64,000 nt of DNA from the human T2T-CHM13v2.0 reference genome, Homo sapiens. The DNA lies in NCBI RefSeq assembly GCF_009914755.1, contig NC_060936.1. One strand, given 5' to 3'. Within the stretch, counting starts at the first letter, position 1, and each line of letters starts with the position of its first letter. The notes below the pieces were generated by a model. It worked only from the letters and a program-made list of their open reading frames with translations, was not told the origin of the DNA and did no database searches. Made by a program: the position numbers and the translations under genes. Shown one piece after another: positions 1-15,429 of the stretch.

Positions 1-3000
1 AACCAATGATATTCCCAAATGTACTCCCTTTTGTTCTGTACTTGCTCCTAAGTCTCCCAAATTCCAAAGATTTAGGACATTAAAATATTTTCAAACAACC
101 TGTATTCAAAAAAACCATATCAACAGGAAGTTTTCTTCTCCAGAAGAAAAATTATCCTTCTTTCTCACATTTACAAGAGCTCCCTGTTATTTATGTTAGC
201 TGCCCCCATGAAAGAGTAATATCATCAAAATAAACTAAAAGAAAACATTAAGCCTAAGTTCAAATACCAATCTTCATTTGGCAACTTTCTCCAAAACTCC
301 AAGAATATCATTAATTCTACAACATTAAAAACATTTTATGAAAATATAAAATGAAAACTAAGGGTACATGAAAAAATTATATTTTCATTTAAGCTTTCTT
401 TATGCCTTGAAATAACCTTAAAATGAATAAGAAAAAATTAATGCACAAGTACTGAACATTCATCATGAATGGTTCAGAAATGAGTAGGGCCAGAGGTCAT
501 TTGAGCTTCAGTCCCACAAAGGGCTGTCATTTTATAACACCATGACTTTCTGCAGTTTCAGAAAAGCAGTTTTGTTAGGTTCCCCCAGGCTGTAACAGGT
601 ATGAAAGAATGGATTTACCATAGTCCAATAAGAAGGAAATCTATGTAAATCCCAAATTATCAATTTTTTAAGTGGAAGACAGTTTTTGACCCAAGAACTA
701 GGAACACATCTGCATGGGACCTGTCCTTCTTTAGGGTTGGGAAAGAGGGAGGGTGTTCACCTGAAAGCAGAGTTAGCAACTGGCAGTTTGCTTGGTGAGA
801 ACAGAACAGAGCTAAGATTATTATACTCCTTAGGGAATCTGAACAAGGTACCCCAAGGAACTGCCCTTCTCTACTTTGGGGATGTTTCATGTAAAGAGCA
901 AGGTGGATTCATTAATAATCAAAACATCTTCCCTCTGAGCAGTGCTGGGGAAAAATTGCAAATTCTTTCTCTGCAACTCCATTTCCTTTTCTAGACTACA
1001 CGGGGACTGGTTTGCATTCATCATTACATCATTCTCCCTTATTTTTGGCTTACATAAATAGACTGTTGTCTGCTTCCTAATGACATAAAGGGAGGCACCT
1101 CAATGACACCAATGAAATGAAGCAAGAATTTGGTTTGGGGCTTGACTTTTTTCCCCCAGATAATTACCTCAATTATCCATTCCAATGGGAGGGATAAGGA
1201 AGTGAGGTAAGCCAGAAAAATGTGTCACAATGTATAATATTCACTTGCACCTTCACTAAAGTAGGATAAAGCAGACACTCAAATAAAGAGCTGGAGATAC
1301 GTTAAGGCAATATTATAAATTTTTGTTAAATGCCTTACATACAAAATGCCTGAAGCAAATTTTTACCTTGGTAAAGTTAAAATATTTATAGATGTACTTA
1401 TCTGTACATTGAATATATTATATAATCAATTTATATAAGAAGGGCTAAGAAGGGCAGATTAACTAGAAATATTTAAAAAGCAAATAATTGTCAATAATAT
1501 AAACCCAATAGAATATTTAAAGGTATACCAAGAAAATGTATGTAAAGAATAGGTTGTTAATAAATTTAGTTTTGGCAATAAGTCAATTTGAATAATAAAA
1601 CACATAGAGATTATCAAGAATTAGTATGAGTCAAGAAAAAAACTACCCAAAAAATGCCTGACTTTGACGAACCTGTATTAAATAATAAAACCTCAGCTGT
1701 CCAGCATTGTTGAGCAAGGTTCTCTTCCACCTAATTAACAGAGTATGCCAGTGGCTTTCTCTGTACTTCCTCGTGCTTTTACTCTCCCGCCTACCCAGCT
1801 TAATGTCTCCTGGCCCACTGGTATAATCACTCCTTTGCAGTCACCCCTGGTCCTTGCCATCAACCTGATTAAAAAACAACCACCTGATTATATCCACACA
1901 CATGCCTTCTATCTCCTTCAAGCAGCTGGATGTTGTGAGAGATACGATGACAAGACACATGTCACATTCATGTCCCAAAAGCTCAAGGAGTAGTAAGCAC
2001 TGTCCAGTGACTGGAGGGAAAAGGACCATCAAGGAAGTTATAGAAGGAACCCAAGAACTAAGGGGACCTTTTGATGTCTGATGAAGAATAACCTCTTCCC
2101 CACCAGGTCACTGATTACTCTTAATATTTTTATGTGTCTAGGAAAGAAAGTTATGTAACTCAGACATAAATCAGGCCCATAGCCCAAAAGGCTTTCCTTA
2201 AAACTTTATCATCTTGGGGGAATCTCTACTCGGCTTACCAGTGTCCATGAGGACCACTGCTGCCCTACTAAGACTTGTACTTATTTTGAGTGTAATACTC
2301 TCCACCTCCCTAATACCTCAATCCCAGTGCCAAATAATGGGAATGCAATCATGTGATCCGTTCATCTGCAGTAAGGCATAAACGGACTTCTCTAATGATC
2401 TTCTGGCAAATTGTAACATGAAATGAGGATGCATCCTGTCATTCTCTTTCATGTGCCATGGCACAACCCAGCCTCTGAACATAACCGTCTAGGAAATGGT
2501 GACAGGAAATTAAAGTCACTACTGGGAAATGAGAGGTCCTGATGTTACCATTAGAGGCAGGTGATACGTGAACCATTGTTACCAGTCATGAGACAGCACT
2601 TCTCACCTAGATGGACATAATAGATGACTTCAGAAGCCCTTCAGCTCAGAGAACTGTTTACAACAGCAAAGAAAATGCTATGATAGCCTCCGACCTAATA
2701 TGTTGTCCTGGCAGACACAAAATAGCAAAGAAAACTATTTTCCATAAACCCAACATGTGTCAACTGCCTAAAGCCCCAGGCAAGATTCCACACAAAATAC
2801 ACAGGAAAGGGACTGCTCCTGGCTCCTGACATGTCAATACATAAGATCAGTACACAAGAACAAAAGCCTTATCTGGATCATTGAAAGGTATCTGGGCTAC
2901 CTCCTAGCCAGACTCTTGAGCAATTTCTTGGCCTTGTTCTTTACTTCTATTAAAATATTTCCCAGGTGAATCCACCTTCCCATTTCTGGGCCCCATGCAT

Positions 3001-4124
3001 GGATTTCTCCTAGTACTGCAGGCTCCTGCTTTTGAACTCAGCATAGTAGGGATGGGGCACCCACAGGTGGCCTGACATCACTGACTGCACCCACTCACTC
3101 ATTTGTACACTGGGGGTAGAACATTATACTAAGTTAAACATGAACTAGCAAAGAGCTAGGACTGAACACACAAATCAGGAAGAATTGTTCCATCTCAACC
3201 TGCTTAAAACCATCCAGAGAAACTGGAATCTCCAATAGGAAGCATGTAAATGATTGAAGAATCAGTTCTATAGATCTAAAGGCATTATTTTTCCCTCCAC
3301 TCTGAATGTTCCTCTTTTACATGACTTTATGAATTCAGGCCATCTTTAACTTCTTCTAATCTTTAACTTCTCCTAATTGTCACTAAAAAGTAGCTACAGA
3401 GGCTACTGCTCATTTTCCCACCTGCCTGCTATCTGCAAGGAAAGAGGATTAGAAAAAGGGGAATGTTGCTTCCATAAACAGAGACATGAAAAATTATTAA
3501 TATGAAATAAATCATGCTTGTTTCAAAAGTGTTTATTTCACCTTATCTATTTGTAAAGGATGTAGCTGGTTTATATTTCATTTAGAAACCAACGGTTTAT
3601 AAGAGCCAACAACTGTGAAATTCTCTTTGGGAAAGAATGAGGAAAACCAATTAATAAATACACAAAACAATCAGCAGTAAACACTTTTTTAATATATCCA
3701 GCTTCCCTGGCTCTAGAACACATCAGTAACCCCCAAAGCAATTTACATGGTGCAAGGCTTGCCCTGGGGTGGGAGTGAGGAGGTAGAGAGGAAGCATCAT
3801 TGCCCTTCACCCACCTTCTATAAAACCAGGACTCCGTGTTCTCTGTCATCTTAAAGAGAAATCAGTGGCAGCTATTTACATTCTTAGCTTGTAAGAAAGT
3901 TTCACAATGTACCCATACATTGTCAAATTTTAAACTAAGGTTTCCAAATGTTGGATGTACAACAGATTTCTGAGTAGGAAAGTGTTGCAGACTGCAAGTA
4001 TTTATGAAATATCCAGTCTTTTTCTTAAAAAGCAGGTCCTTATACAGTTACAGGCAGCAATGTGCTTGAGTTAAGAAAATAAAAACCAAACCCATAATTC
4101 CTGAATTCCTTTGTGCTTAAGAGT

Positions 4125-4632
4125 ATCCAAACAGATTTTAGCAAAAGTCATTGACAGGCTTCTGGGAAAATACTTCAAAGGGAACTGACTCAGTTGACTG
4201 CTTTTACCCTTCCCCCTTTTCTCCCTCTGGCTATCTGGAATGTGGGCATGATGGCCAGAACTCCAGCAATTATCTTGTGAATATGAGGTGGTCTTGAGGA
4301 TAGAAAGCCTGGCCTAAGAAAAGTAGATCAAAAAGACAGGATCTCCCTCTGAGCCTGGCACACAGTGGGCATATAATAAATATGTGCTGAATGCACTATA
4401 CATTAAACAAATTCCATTTAAGATCTAGCAAAATCCCTAGAAAAAAATATTGATATATATGATTGAGCCCATGCTGCAGGTAAAGCTGAGCCACTGATGA
4501 CTGTATGAATATCATACAAGCCCTTCGCTACCTACCTCAACATTTATTTTCTACGAGAGAAAGATGCACCTCTATCTTAAATGACTAGTAGCTTGGGTTT
4601 ACAAGCAGCTGAACCTAATTCCAATTGATATA
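4125..4632 (+). mobile_element. MaLR solo LTR, MLT1J-like, interrupted by a 132-bp insertion at 4351-4482
   Basis: MLT1J-like motifs 'aagggaactgactcag', 'ctccagcaattatcttgtga' and terminal 'gcagctgaacctaattccaattgata'; 5' boundary approximate. Confidence 0.65.
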
Positions 4633-4664
4633 AACAGTTATCAGGTTGTATGACTTCCTTTTTA

Positions 4665-4871
<207 letters not shown>

Positions 4872-5129
4872 TTAGATATCTCACTAAGTCATAGTCCAGA
4901 GCATCAACTGATTCCTTGGGAATGCTCAACAACCCATTCACTTTCCACCATCACCTCACCCTCCTACTCAACAAGAGTTCTTCTCAACTCTTCACAAACT
5001 TTTAACCCCTTTATCTACCCCCACTCAAATCTAAGCAGAAGATCTCAGAAAAAATAAAGTAGAAATCATCAGATAAAGGCTGCCACAGCCGCCTCCACCA
5101 AATCCTCAAACCCACTTGTACTTTTGAGT

Positions 5130-5680
<551 letters not shown>

Positions 5681-6164
5681 TAGTTCACACTGTATTTAAG
5701 TCTACATCATATTACACTATATTTAAGTCTATATCATCATATCTGTCAATATCACCACAATGCAAAGAGCCTGGCACACAGTGGGCACATAATAACTATT
5801 TGCTGAAGGCACTATACATTAAACAAATTCCATTTAAAATCTAGGGGAAACGCTAGGAAAAACTATTGATACATATGTTGGGGCCCATGCTGCAGGTAGA
5901 GAGACAGAGATGTGTCTGTGCAACTTCCTTAGAGTCACATCATTAGCTGAAAGAGGCAATCACATTCTCTGAATTCCTGTTGTCTTCTCTGGGCATAGCA
6001 ACATATTATAGTATAATTCCTTAAAACTTGGTATGGAAATGCACTAGTTAGCTGATTTTAAGAGTTATCTTGTTCTGAACTGGCTAACTGAGAGAACATT
6101 GAGAGGTACCACAAAACAAACGATGCCTCACTCATAAGAGAAGCCAGATAAAAATTAATAGAGC

Positions 6165-6492
<328 letters not shown>

Positions 6493-7102
6493 TCAAAATA
6501 TAAATACATTATATTAGTGACATATCACTTTAAAAGAAATGATGAGACTCTGGCTCTTGTAACAGAGTTGGGGCACTTGAGATAAGATTCATAGGAAGAG
6601 AGTATAAGTAAGTAATTCCACAGGACTCTGCAGAGAAGTTTTAAGAAACAACACGAAAAGAATTTTTAAAATCACCCTCCCATATACAGAGTCAGAGAAG
6701 ATAAAGATCTATACATACACACTCATGCCCAGAAGTGAAAGCGAATAAGGAAGTACCAATGAAACGGGGTTCAGGCAGACTGCAAAGCAGCATGCACTCC
6801 CCAACCCTTCCAGGAGTTAAGCCGGGCAATTGATAAGTATGCTAAAAAAGGCAAAAGGGCATAAAAACACATGCTCAAGTATGTATGGCCTATGAGAAGT
6901 ACAATACAACATGGAGGGAATGAACACAAATGTAGTTCTCATTTGTCTGAAGTCATGTAGAGGGATGCAGAATGTCAGGAATTTCTTACCATATCTTGTC
7001 ACTTAGTAAAGAAAACAAACAAACACAGAATGTCAGGAATTTCCAAACCTGGAGAATATACTACGAATATAGATTATACTATAATCTACTACAATATACT
7101 AG

Positions 7103-7435
<333 letters not shown>

Positions 7436-9139
7436 TAAGAAAATTTCTGAAAAATAAAAAGAAGCAGTATGAAAGAATGAATTCTGATTAATAAATAAGC
7501 TGTTTATTAGATATTTTAATCCAAGACTAATGATAATAGACATACTAAGAGGTGAATGGACAGACTTTCCTCAACACAGGCGACTGAAACATTCTGCAAG
7601 GAGTGCTTCTTTCCTCAATGTTAGCAAAGTCATTACCCCACAATGTACTTCAGCAGTCACTGAGGAGGCTTTTGTTTAAAATTCTCAGTGTTCTACAGTC
7701 AATGTTACCAGTTCCTCTGACAATAACTTCAGTTTTTTACGTGTAATAATGTTCTCCACCACCTAAGGAGAGATTACTTTAAATTTTTTCTCCCTATTCC
7801 AAATAGCCCATTAGCAAAATAAAGGCCTGTTCAGGACTTACGATACCCCCATAGCTCGAAGCTAGCTACTGCCTAAAATCAAACTTTTAAAATAAGCCTG
7901 CTGTTCTCAATTATCCTTAATTCCTCGCCTGCTGGAAGTACTGCAGTGAAGCTGAGAAACCTGAGTTCGAGTTCTGCCTCCATCATTTACTGTCACTGAA
8001 ATGACAGACCACTGCCCTGCAAGTGTGGCTTCAGGTTTTCCCAGTTATGGAACAGAAGGGTTAGGCTGGATGGTCTTTCAAGTCCTTTCTAAATGTGCTG
8101 TCAAGTTATGCTATGTGACTTTAGTCTTCAATTTGCATATTTGGTTAGTAGGCCTTCAAGTTATTTTCCTTCAGACACTAAAGAGGGCAATTTGTGAGGT
8201 GCCCAGTCTATGCCGTGTGCTACACACAAGCTGACTCTCATTCAGCATGGAATAGTGAGACAAGGCACATTTCACTAGGCCACATTTTTCCACTAGAAAT
8301 ATAACTCTATTAAAATAACAAAGCACTCATAATATCACAAATCACACCACTAAGAGCAAAGAAAAAAATAAAAGCATGCAGGCACAGTAGGATATGAACT
8401 ACTTAATCTAATCACAATATTCTCCCAAATCTAATTAGAATGCTCATCATTCATTCATCAATGATTTATTAAATGTGCACTATGTGTTAGGTGCTACGCT
8501 AAGTATTCTTAGTGAGTGAAAGGGCTTCTACGACATAGACACCACTCCAACTTGTTACATTATATCATGGTTTCACAGCTTTTCTGACATCAAAAATCCT
8601 TTATTACTTGTCTATACCCTCCAGGTGAGAAGGAATTAACTGACCTCCTTAGATTTCTTACCTTAGAGAGCCATCCAAGTATTCAAGCCTGTGAGCTACT
8701 GTTATACATCCCTTTATTATTGCATTGTCCTTTCAAGAATCATTAATGATTTTGGCTCCAAGAAATATTACTTCAATAAGTATGTGTGGTATGCTCAGTG
8801 TGTGTCAGGCAATGTGTCAGATGTTAGAGATACACAGCCAACAAAGCAGCAAAAAATGTCCCCACTCCTCTAGAGCTTATAATAGAACACATATTGATTG
8901 AAGATAAATAAGATCAATAAGACATGTCCCTATGCTCTTCATCATCCCTGCCTTATCATTCATTTCTGTGACCAGCCCATGGGTTTCAGTTTTTGAAACA
9001 CAGTAGGAACACCGTCAATATTTTCTAAGTGAAAAGTTTCAGTCCCTCTCTGTTTCCAGCCACAGGAAGGAAATTGCCACTCCATAGAACTTGGGTGCAG
9101 CCAGTAAGGAACAAATTAGGACTCATGAATAAAATATCT

Positions 9140-9675
9140 CTAGTTGTTTCTATAGACTTAACATGTAAGAGGGGTTACCCACCTCGTATCCACCCTCCCT
9201 CTTCCTCTTTTCTAATGGAGACATGATTTAGTTCAGGCTTCCCCTCTACAGTGCAGCCTATCATTCTCAGGGGGAACAATCCTATTCCCAAACCCAATGC
9301 TAAGTCCAGATAGCCTACTTTTATCATGATCATTTTATTAGCCTTGGTGATAATGGTTCAGGAGTGAGTACATGACCTATGTTAGTCAGACTGAAGGAAA
9401 GAAAAGATTTTTAGTCTCTGATTGGAGAAGATGTTCTTTCTCCCACTGCAATTAGGGACAATTGCTGCTGCTGGCAGCAATTATCTTGTGACCAGAGTGG
9501 AAGCCAATTTAAGAAAAATGAAGACACAGAATAGAGCAGAGCTGAGGTCCCAGAGAAATGGAGCAAGGCACTGTCTGCGCTCCGGACTTCAGTTGTGTTT
9601 GATCACATCCCTGTTTATTGTTTATGCCAGTTTTAGTGGTGTTTTCTCTTACTTACAGTTAAAGTATCCCCATAT
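9140..9675 (+). mobile_element. Old MaLR LTR (MLT1K/L-like)
   Basis: 'ggttcaggagtgagtacatgacc', 'gctggcagcaattatcttgtgacca' and MLT1-type 3' end 'ttgtttatgccagttttagtggtgttttctcttacttacag'. Confidence 0.55.
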
Positions 9676-10439
9676 AAACCTCTGGTAAATATTGCTTGAA
9701 CTCCAAATTAGGAGAAAAGAAAATGTGCTTTTAACACAGGTATATTTTAAAATGTAAATTCTGATCAGAAGGAGAGCATATATCCTCTAAGACCCAGTCG
9801 GAGAGTAAAGCATCTGTGATTATTGTTGGGAAAGGAAAACAATATTTATCACAATTAATTTATAAGATTCTTTTCCCTCTCTCTAACCTTTGTGTTTAAT
9901 ATTCTCCAGAACACTTAGAAGTACTTTACTTTTAAAGCCCTTTCTTTGAATTGACCAGGAGTTTCCTTGAATTAAAAGCAACATAAAATAATCTACTTTG
10001 GACAATTCATTCATTCATTTAAAAAAAAGGCTAACAATAAATCATTCAAGAATGAAGAGCCTTTAAGAGAATCATGGATCACAAGCCCATGGCTAAAAAA
10101 TACCTTACAGATTGTCTACATTAATGCTTTTGAAAGTTTTCCACTGAAATTCATGTAGGAAGCGTTTCTATGGGTGTGGAAATAGTGTCTGAAGTAGCTT
10201 GTCAAAAGCATGAAATATCTTGGCATTTGACTTTTTAATCTTAAAAATGCAAGAGGAATTTGTATTCTAGTGCAGAATATTATTGACATATACATTTTCC
10301 CAAACCCTTAGTGAAATTAATAGTCCAGGAAGCTGCACAATATCTGTCTATACTGTGGCTCTGGGTTGACGTTTACTGGGACACCACTGTGTATCCCCAG
10401 GGAAAGATGGTATGTTTACCCAAGTGCAAGTGTACATCT

Positions 10440-10600
10440 CCAGACCATTACCCTCATGTCATGGACCAGAGAACTGAAGTCAAGAAAGGTTAAATAACTT
10501 GCCCAAAGTTCTCAAGATAGTTATTGGTAGAGCTGAGAACAGAACCAAGCCTCATTCTAACTCCCAAGAATAGCAGTCTCTCCAAATGCTTCTTCCAGTC
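10440..10600 (-). mobile_element. MIR fragment
   Basis: 'gaactgaagtcaagaaaggttaaataacttgcccaaag' is the reverse MIR core. Confidence 0.7.
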
Positions 10601-10669
10601 TTTGTGTGAAAATAAGAACCCAGATTAGAAGTTTAGCTACAGCTCTAACCACATATGTGAGGCTACAGA

Positions 10670-11060
10670 TCACTTCTTGAACATGCCCTGCACCTCAATG
10701 CCTTTGTTTGCTTCTCTCTAAAGGCTCTTCTAACTCTGCATGGCTGGTTTCATCCTATCACTCATGTCTCACCTCAAACATCACTTCAGAGAAGCCACCC
10801 TGACCACCCTACCTAACTGGGGAATCCCCCAACTCCAGTTTCTCTCTACCATATATGACTTGGTTCCTTCACAAGACATATCATGATATAAAATTACCTT
10901 ATGTACATATTCATTCCCCTGTATATTGTCTGGCTTCCTCCCTCTTGAACACAAGCTCAGTAAAGGAACAGATCATTTCTGTCTTGCTCACTGTTCAAAC
11001 CAAAATTGGAGGTTCACACATGGAAGATGATGCAAAACATTTTTGAATCATAAGTGAATA
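10670..11060 (+). mobile_element. L2 LINE 3' fragment
   Basis: 'cacctcaaacatcacttcagagaagccaccctgaccaccct' and 'aagctcagtaaaggaacagatcatttctgtcttgctcactg'. Confidence 0.65.
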
Positions 11061-11528
11061 CCCTACACTCTCATATCTCTCCGTCCTGATCCAACCTGCC
11101 ACTCTCCTAGAATACCTTTCCTCCTTCATATTTGCCTGCTCAAGTATTACCTGTTCTAAGCACAACTGAAATCTTATGTCTACCAAGAAGCCTCCTCTAC
11201 ATCTATGTATCTGACTACCTTATGAGGATACTGACAACAAGAAACTTGTCTTATTCACATTTGCATTCCTACATCCTGACATAGGTGGACCTTTGAGCTC
11301 AGTCCTTCACTTCTGTCACCTGCTCATCTGCCTTCCTTATCTCAGTGCCTTTTTTCTCTGTGTTCCAGAAGACTATTTTATGAGTATCCTACTTATGACT
11401 GACTACATTTTTCATTATGCCAATTCTGTTCCTTAAACACTCCAATGTAAATTTTAATTCGCCATTTCATTTGCTTGGCTTATTTTTTCCCTTGCCATCT
11501 TTTGCTCATGTTGCCCAGTTACCCAGGT

Positions 11529-11559
<31 letters not shown>

Positions 11560-11601
11560 TTTTTTTACGTCAATGCATACTTTCTTTTGGCCTTTATACT
11601 C

Positions 11602-12085
11602 TTTTTTTTTTATTATTACACTTTAAGTTTTAGGGTACATGTGCACAATGTGCAGGTTAGTTACATATGTATACATGTGCCATGCTGGTGCGCTGCACCC
11701 ACTAACTCGTCATCTAGCATTAGGTATATCTCCCGATGCTATCCCTCCCCCCTCCCCCCACCCCACAACAGTCCCCAGAGTGTGATATTCCCCTTCCTGT
11801 GTCCATGTGATCTCATTGTTCAATTCCCACCTATGAGTGAGAACATGCGATGTTTGGTTTTTTGTTCTTGCGATAGTTTACTGAGAATGATGATTTCCAA
11901 TTTCATCCATGTCCCTACAAAGGACATGAACTCATCATTTTTTATGGCTGCATAGTATTCCATGGTGTATATGTGCCACATTTTCTTAATCCAGTCTATC
12001 ATTGTTCGACATTTGGGTTGGTTCCAAGTCTTTGCTATTGTGAATAATGCCGCAATAAACATACTTGTGCATGTGCCTTTATAGC
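11602..12085 (-). mobile_element. L1PA2, 5'-truncated (~0.48 kb: ORF2 C-terminus plus 3' UTR)
   Basis: ORF 11820-12062 is the L1 ORF2p C-terminus (FIAALFTIAKTWNQPKC...WIKKMWHIYTMEYY...SLIGGN). The 3' UTR reads GATGAC-GAG-TTAGT (GAG, not the L1HS ACA/ACG). Poly-T at the left end. Confidence 0.92.
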
Positions 12086-14032
12086 GGAGACTCTCCCCTC
12101 ACTAGTCAATTTAGAATGTCTGAAGTTTATCTGAAATAGCATGTTATTTCCTGCAAAAGAATATGTATGTTCAGAAGTACAATCTTTTTCTAATCCTTAA
12201 GCTTGATGACTCTTTCCCTTAACCTGCCCTGTTATTTTATGAGCCCCAAATTTAGGATTTACTCTGTTTTCATCCTAGAGGGAGGAGAGTTCTATCCAGA
12301 CTCATGTGTTGACCAAACACGTGGTTTAGAGAGCTCTTAGCCTCTAAATCTGATTGCCAGGGAGCAGATTGAATCCCAGACTTAAAGCAAAGGGAAGATA
12401 CATGTGCTGTATCTATCTTGGCTCCAGGATTCTAGTCTAATTTAGAGTAGTTTAGATGGTTAGGTGGGATCCTCTCCTAACTCATCAAAGAGCAAAATAT
12501 TTTTTAAAATGCAATGCACTCCCCAGCTAGCTCTACACTTTGTTCTGCCCTGTTGTTTTCCGAACTTACTGTCTTCAACTAGATATTGACTGTCAAGAGG
12601 ACAGAATTAAAGCCTCTTCACAAGAAAGAAAATAAAAGGGAAAAGCAAAAGGCTAAGAATTGAATCTTAAAATTGCTAACTTTAAGAACTAGAGGAAGAG
12701 AGGGAAAGGAGAAGCAGTCAGAGAGCATGATGCTGACCAGCCCGTGTCACAGGGATGCCCTGAGGCAGAGGGAGCACTGAAATACTGCAGAGGGACAACC
12801 ATCAATGCCAATGATCTCATCAAGGAAAAAGAATGAACACTGCGTGATTAGGAGGCCCCTGACATCCTTGGAATTATCAGAAGAAGAATAACAAAGAATA
12901 TCACTCTGGCAGGTGATTAAGCAATGAGTAGAATAATGAAGAAAGGGAAACTAGGGCATGCTTGTTGAGGAAGACGGACAGAGAAAAACAAGGGAGAAAT
13001 AGATCGTAGTCATCTAATAAATACGAGAGATGTTAAAATCTACATGCACTATTTAAATCTCTAAGCAAAAATAATAGGCATTATTGCCCTTTTTGAGTTT
13101 GGAAAAACTATCTCAGGCTTAGAAAATAGTGAAAGCAACCATTATGTAAATCCTCTTTTAAATAAAGGGACACAAGAGAAATGAGAGGGGATAAATTCAA
13201 CCCCAGAAATTAGAAATCTGAGAATATTAGATAAAATACCAGAGAAGAAACATTATGACTCAAGATTCCGTGATTTTTTTAACACTATCCAAAAATGTCT
13301 TTCTTAACTCTGCTGAATCACTGTGAAATTTCAGGACCTCTCTTTTTAATATTTTGTTAAATTTTTATATGGCCCCAATATTGGCTATGGGTTATGTGCC
13401 AATTTTTGAAGGCTTCTTACAACCAAACAAACATTTGTATGGTTTGTGGCTAAGCATTATCACACACATTGAAAATTAAGATTATGGTAGAATAAAAGTA
13501 AAATTCTTTTGAATAGTCGTAAAAATATATGTATTTTTACAAGTAATAAGCCATTAAATATTTCCTTTCATATCTCCATCAAAGATCTATTCTTATTAAC
13601 TACAACCCAGCAATATTAAATAAATATAAAGGCTCCTGGCCACAAATTTGAAAAAGGTGGTAGGACCCAAGAATTAAGTGTATCATGTATCTCAGTTATG
13701 AGCTACAACCCCAAAGAAAGCTTCATGATGTTCTTCCATCCAGGAGCAACAAAAGTTGCAACCACAGACATTCATCCCATTAGTCGAACTGTTTATTAAT
13801 ACCTAACTGATTTTACTCCATTAGTCATTTGAGAAAGTTAATAAACTAGAAACCCTATCACTCTATGAACTAATTCCTAACCTGCAAAGAAATCATCATG
13901 ATCATACACCAGCTGCTTCAATATTTTAACATTACACAAGGGATTCACTGAAAGAAGTATTTGTTGAGGGCTCCTCTGTGCCAGGCTCTGAGACTTAAGC
14001 GAATAGGTCACTTAATTGGACATCAACCCTGA

Positions 14033-14440
<408 letters not shown>

Positions 14441-15429
14441 CAATATCAGTGTATTTTAATGGCAATGAAACTAGCAAGGAATGATATTGTTCCTATAGGT
14501 AACGAGTTCCATTTTATTAACAATCTTTCATATGTGTAACATCTTTCAGCCTTTAGCCTAATTTTTCTTCTGGATACTGGACTTACTGGCTGAGCATAAA
14601 TTTCCAAAGCAAACTAACTCTTGCTGATGTAATGTAACTTCTTTCTTGAATACAGTCAACACAAACTGAGGCTGGCACCACTTTTCCAAGTTTTATCCCA
14701 ATATAAAGGCATGACTAAGTATGTACCTCTTCCCAGAGGAGCTGCATAGAGGTTCAGGATCATCAACACATTAATTCTCCAGAGAAATCCACAATAAAAG
14801 ATGAGATCACTTCTGCACAATTAAGCTAAAAATAAATTGTCTTATATGGAAACCACTGCTGAGATTTTTCTAAAACATAACTCTAGTCTTTGGGTAATAT
14901 TAGCTTAACATTTTGTAGATTTTGAAATGTATTTACTATACTAAATGCAGAATATCTATTATTAAGCTTTTTCCCTTATACAGTTTAACCAGGGTATACA
15001 TGTTATTCATATTTAGTTCATCCAAAAAAATTTAATTGAGGGGCTACTATATACCAGGCATTTTTCTAGGCTCTAAGGACACAATAATGAAATGAAATGA
15101 AAAAAGCCACATCTCTGCCCTCAGGGAGCTTATATTTTAGTGAATAGATACATAAATGTACATTCATACCCATAAATAAACCACCTACATATATAGTACA
15201 ATAATGTTTATTCATGTCAAGCTGGAATTTGCTTCCCTTCTAAACTTGCAAATATTTGAATAGGGATCTAAACATGTCACTAAGCAGCCTCTATTCTGCA
15301 TAATATTAAGCTATAGTCCAGATCTAAGTATTCAGATTTACATAATAGTACTCAGGGAACCCTTTTTTCCTAGAATAAGTTGTTTTTTGATAACCTTTAC
15401 CTTGTTACCTCTAACAGAATCTCTTTTTT

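Noticed and set aside
686-994. 102-aa plus-strand ORF
   Set aside because: Non-ATG start, no recognisable homology and no splice context; expected by chance
1300-1680. Possible TcMar-type transposon end ('...gacgaacctgta')
   Set aside because: No matching second terminal inverted repeat or family could be identified
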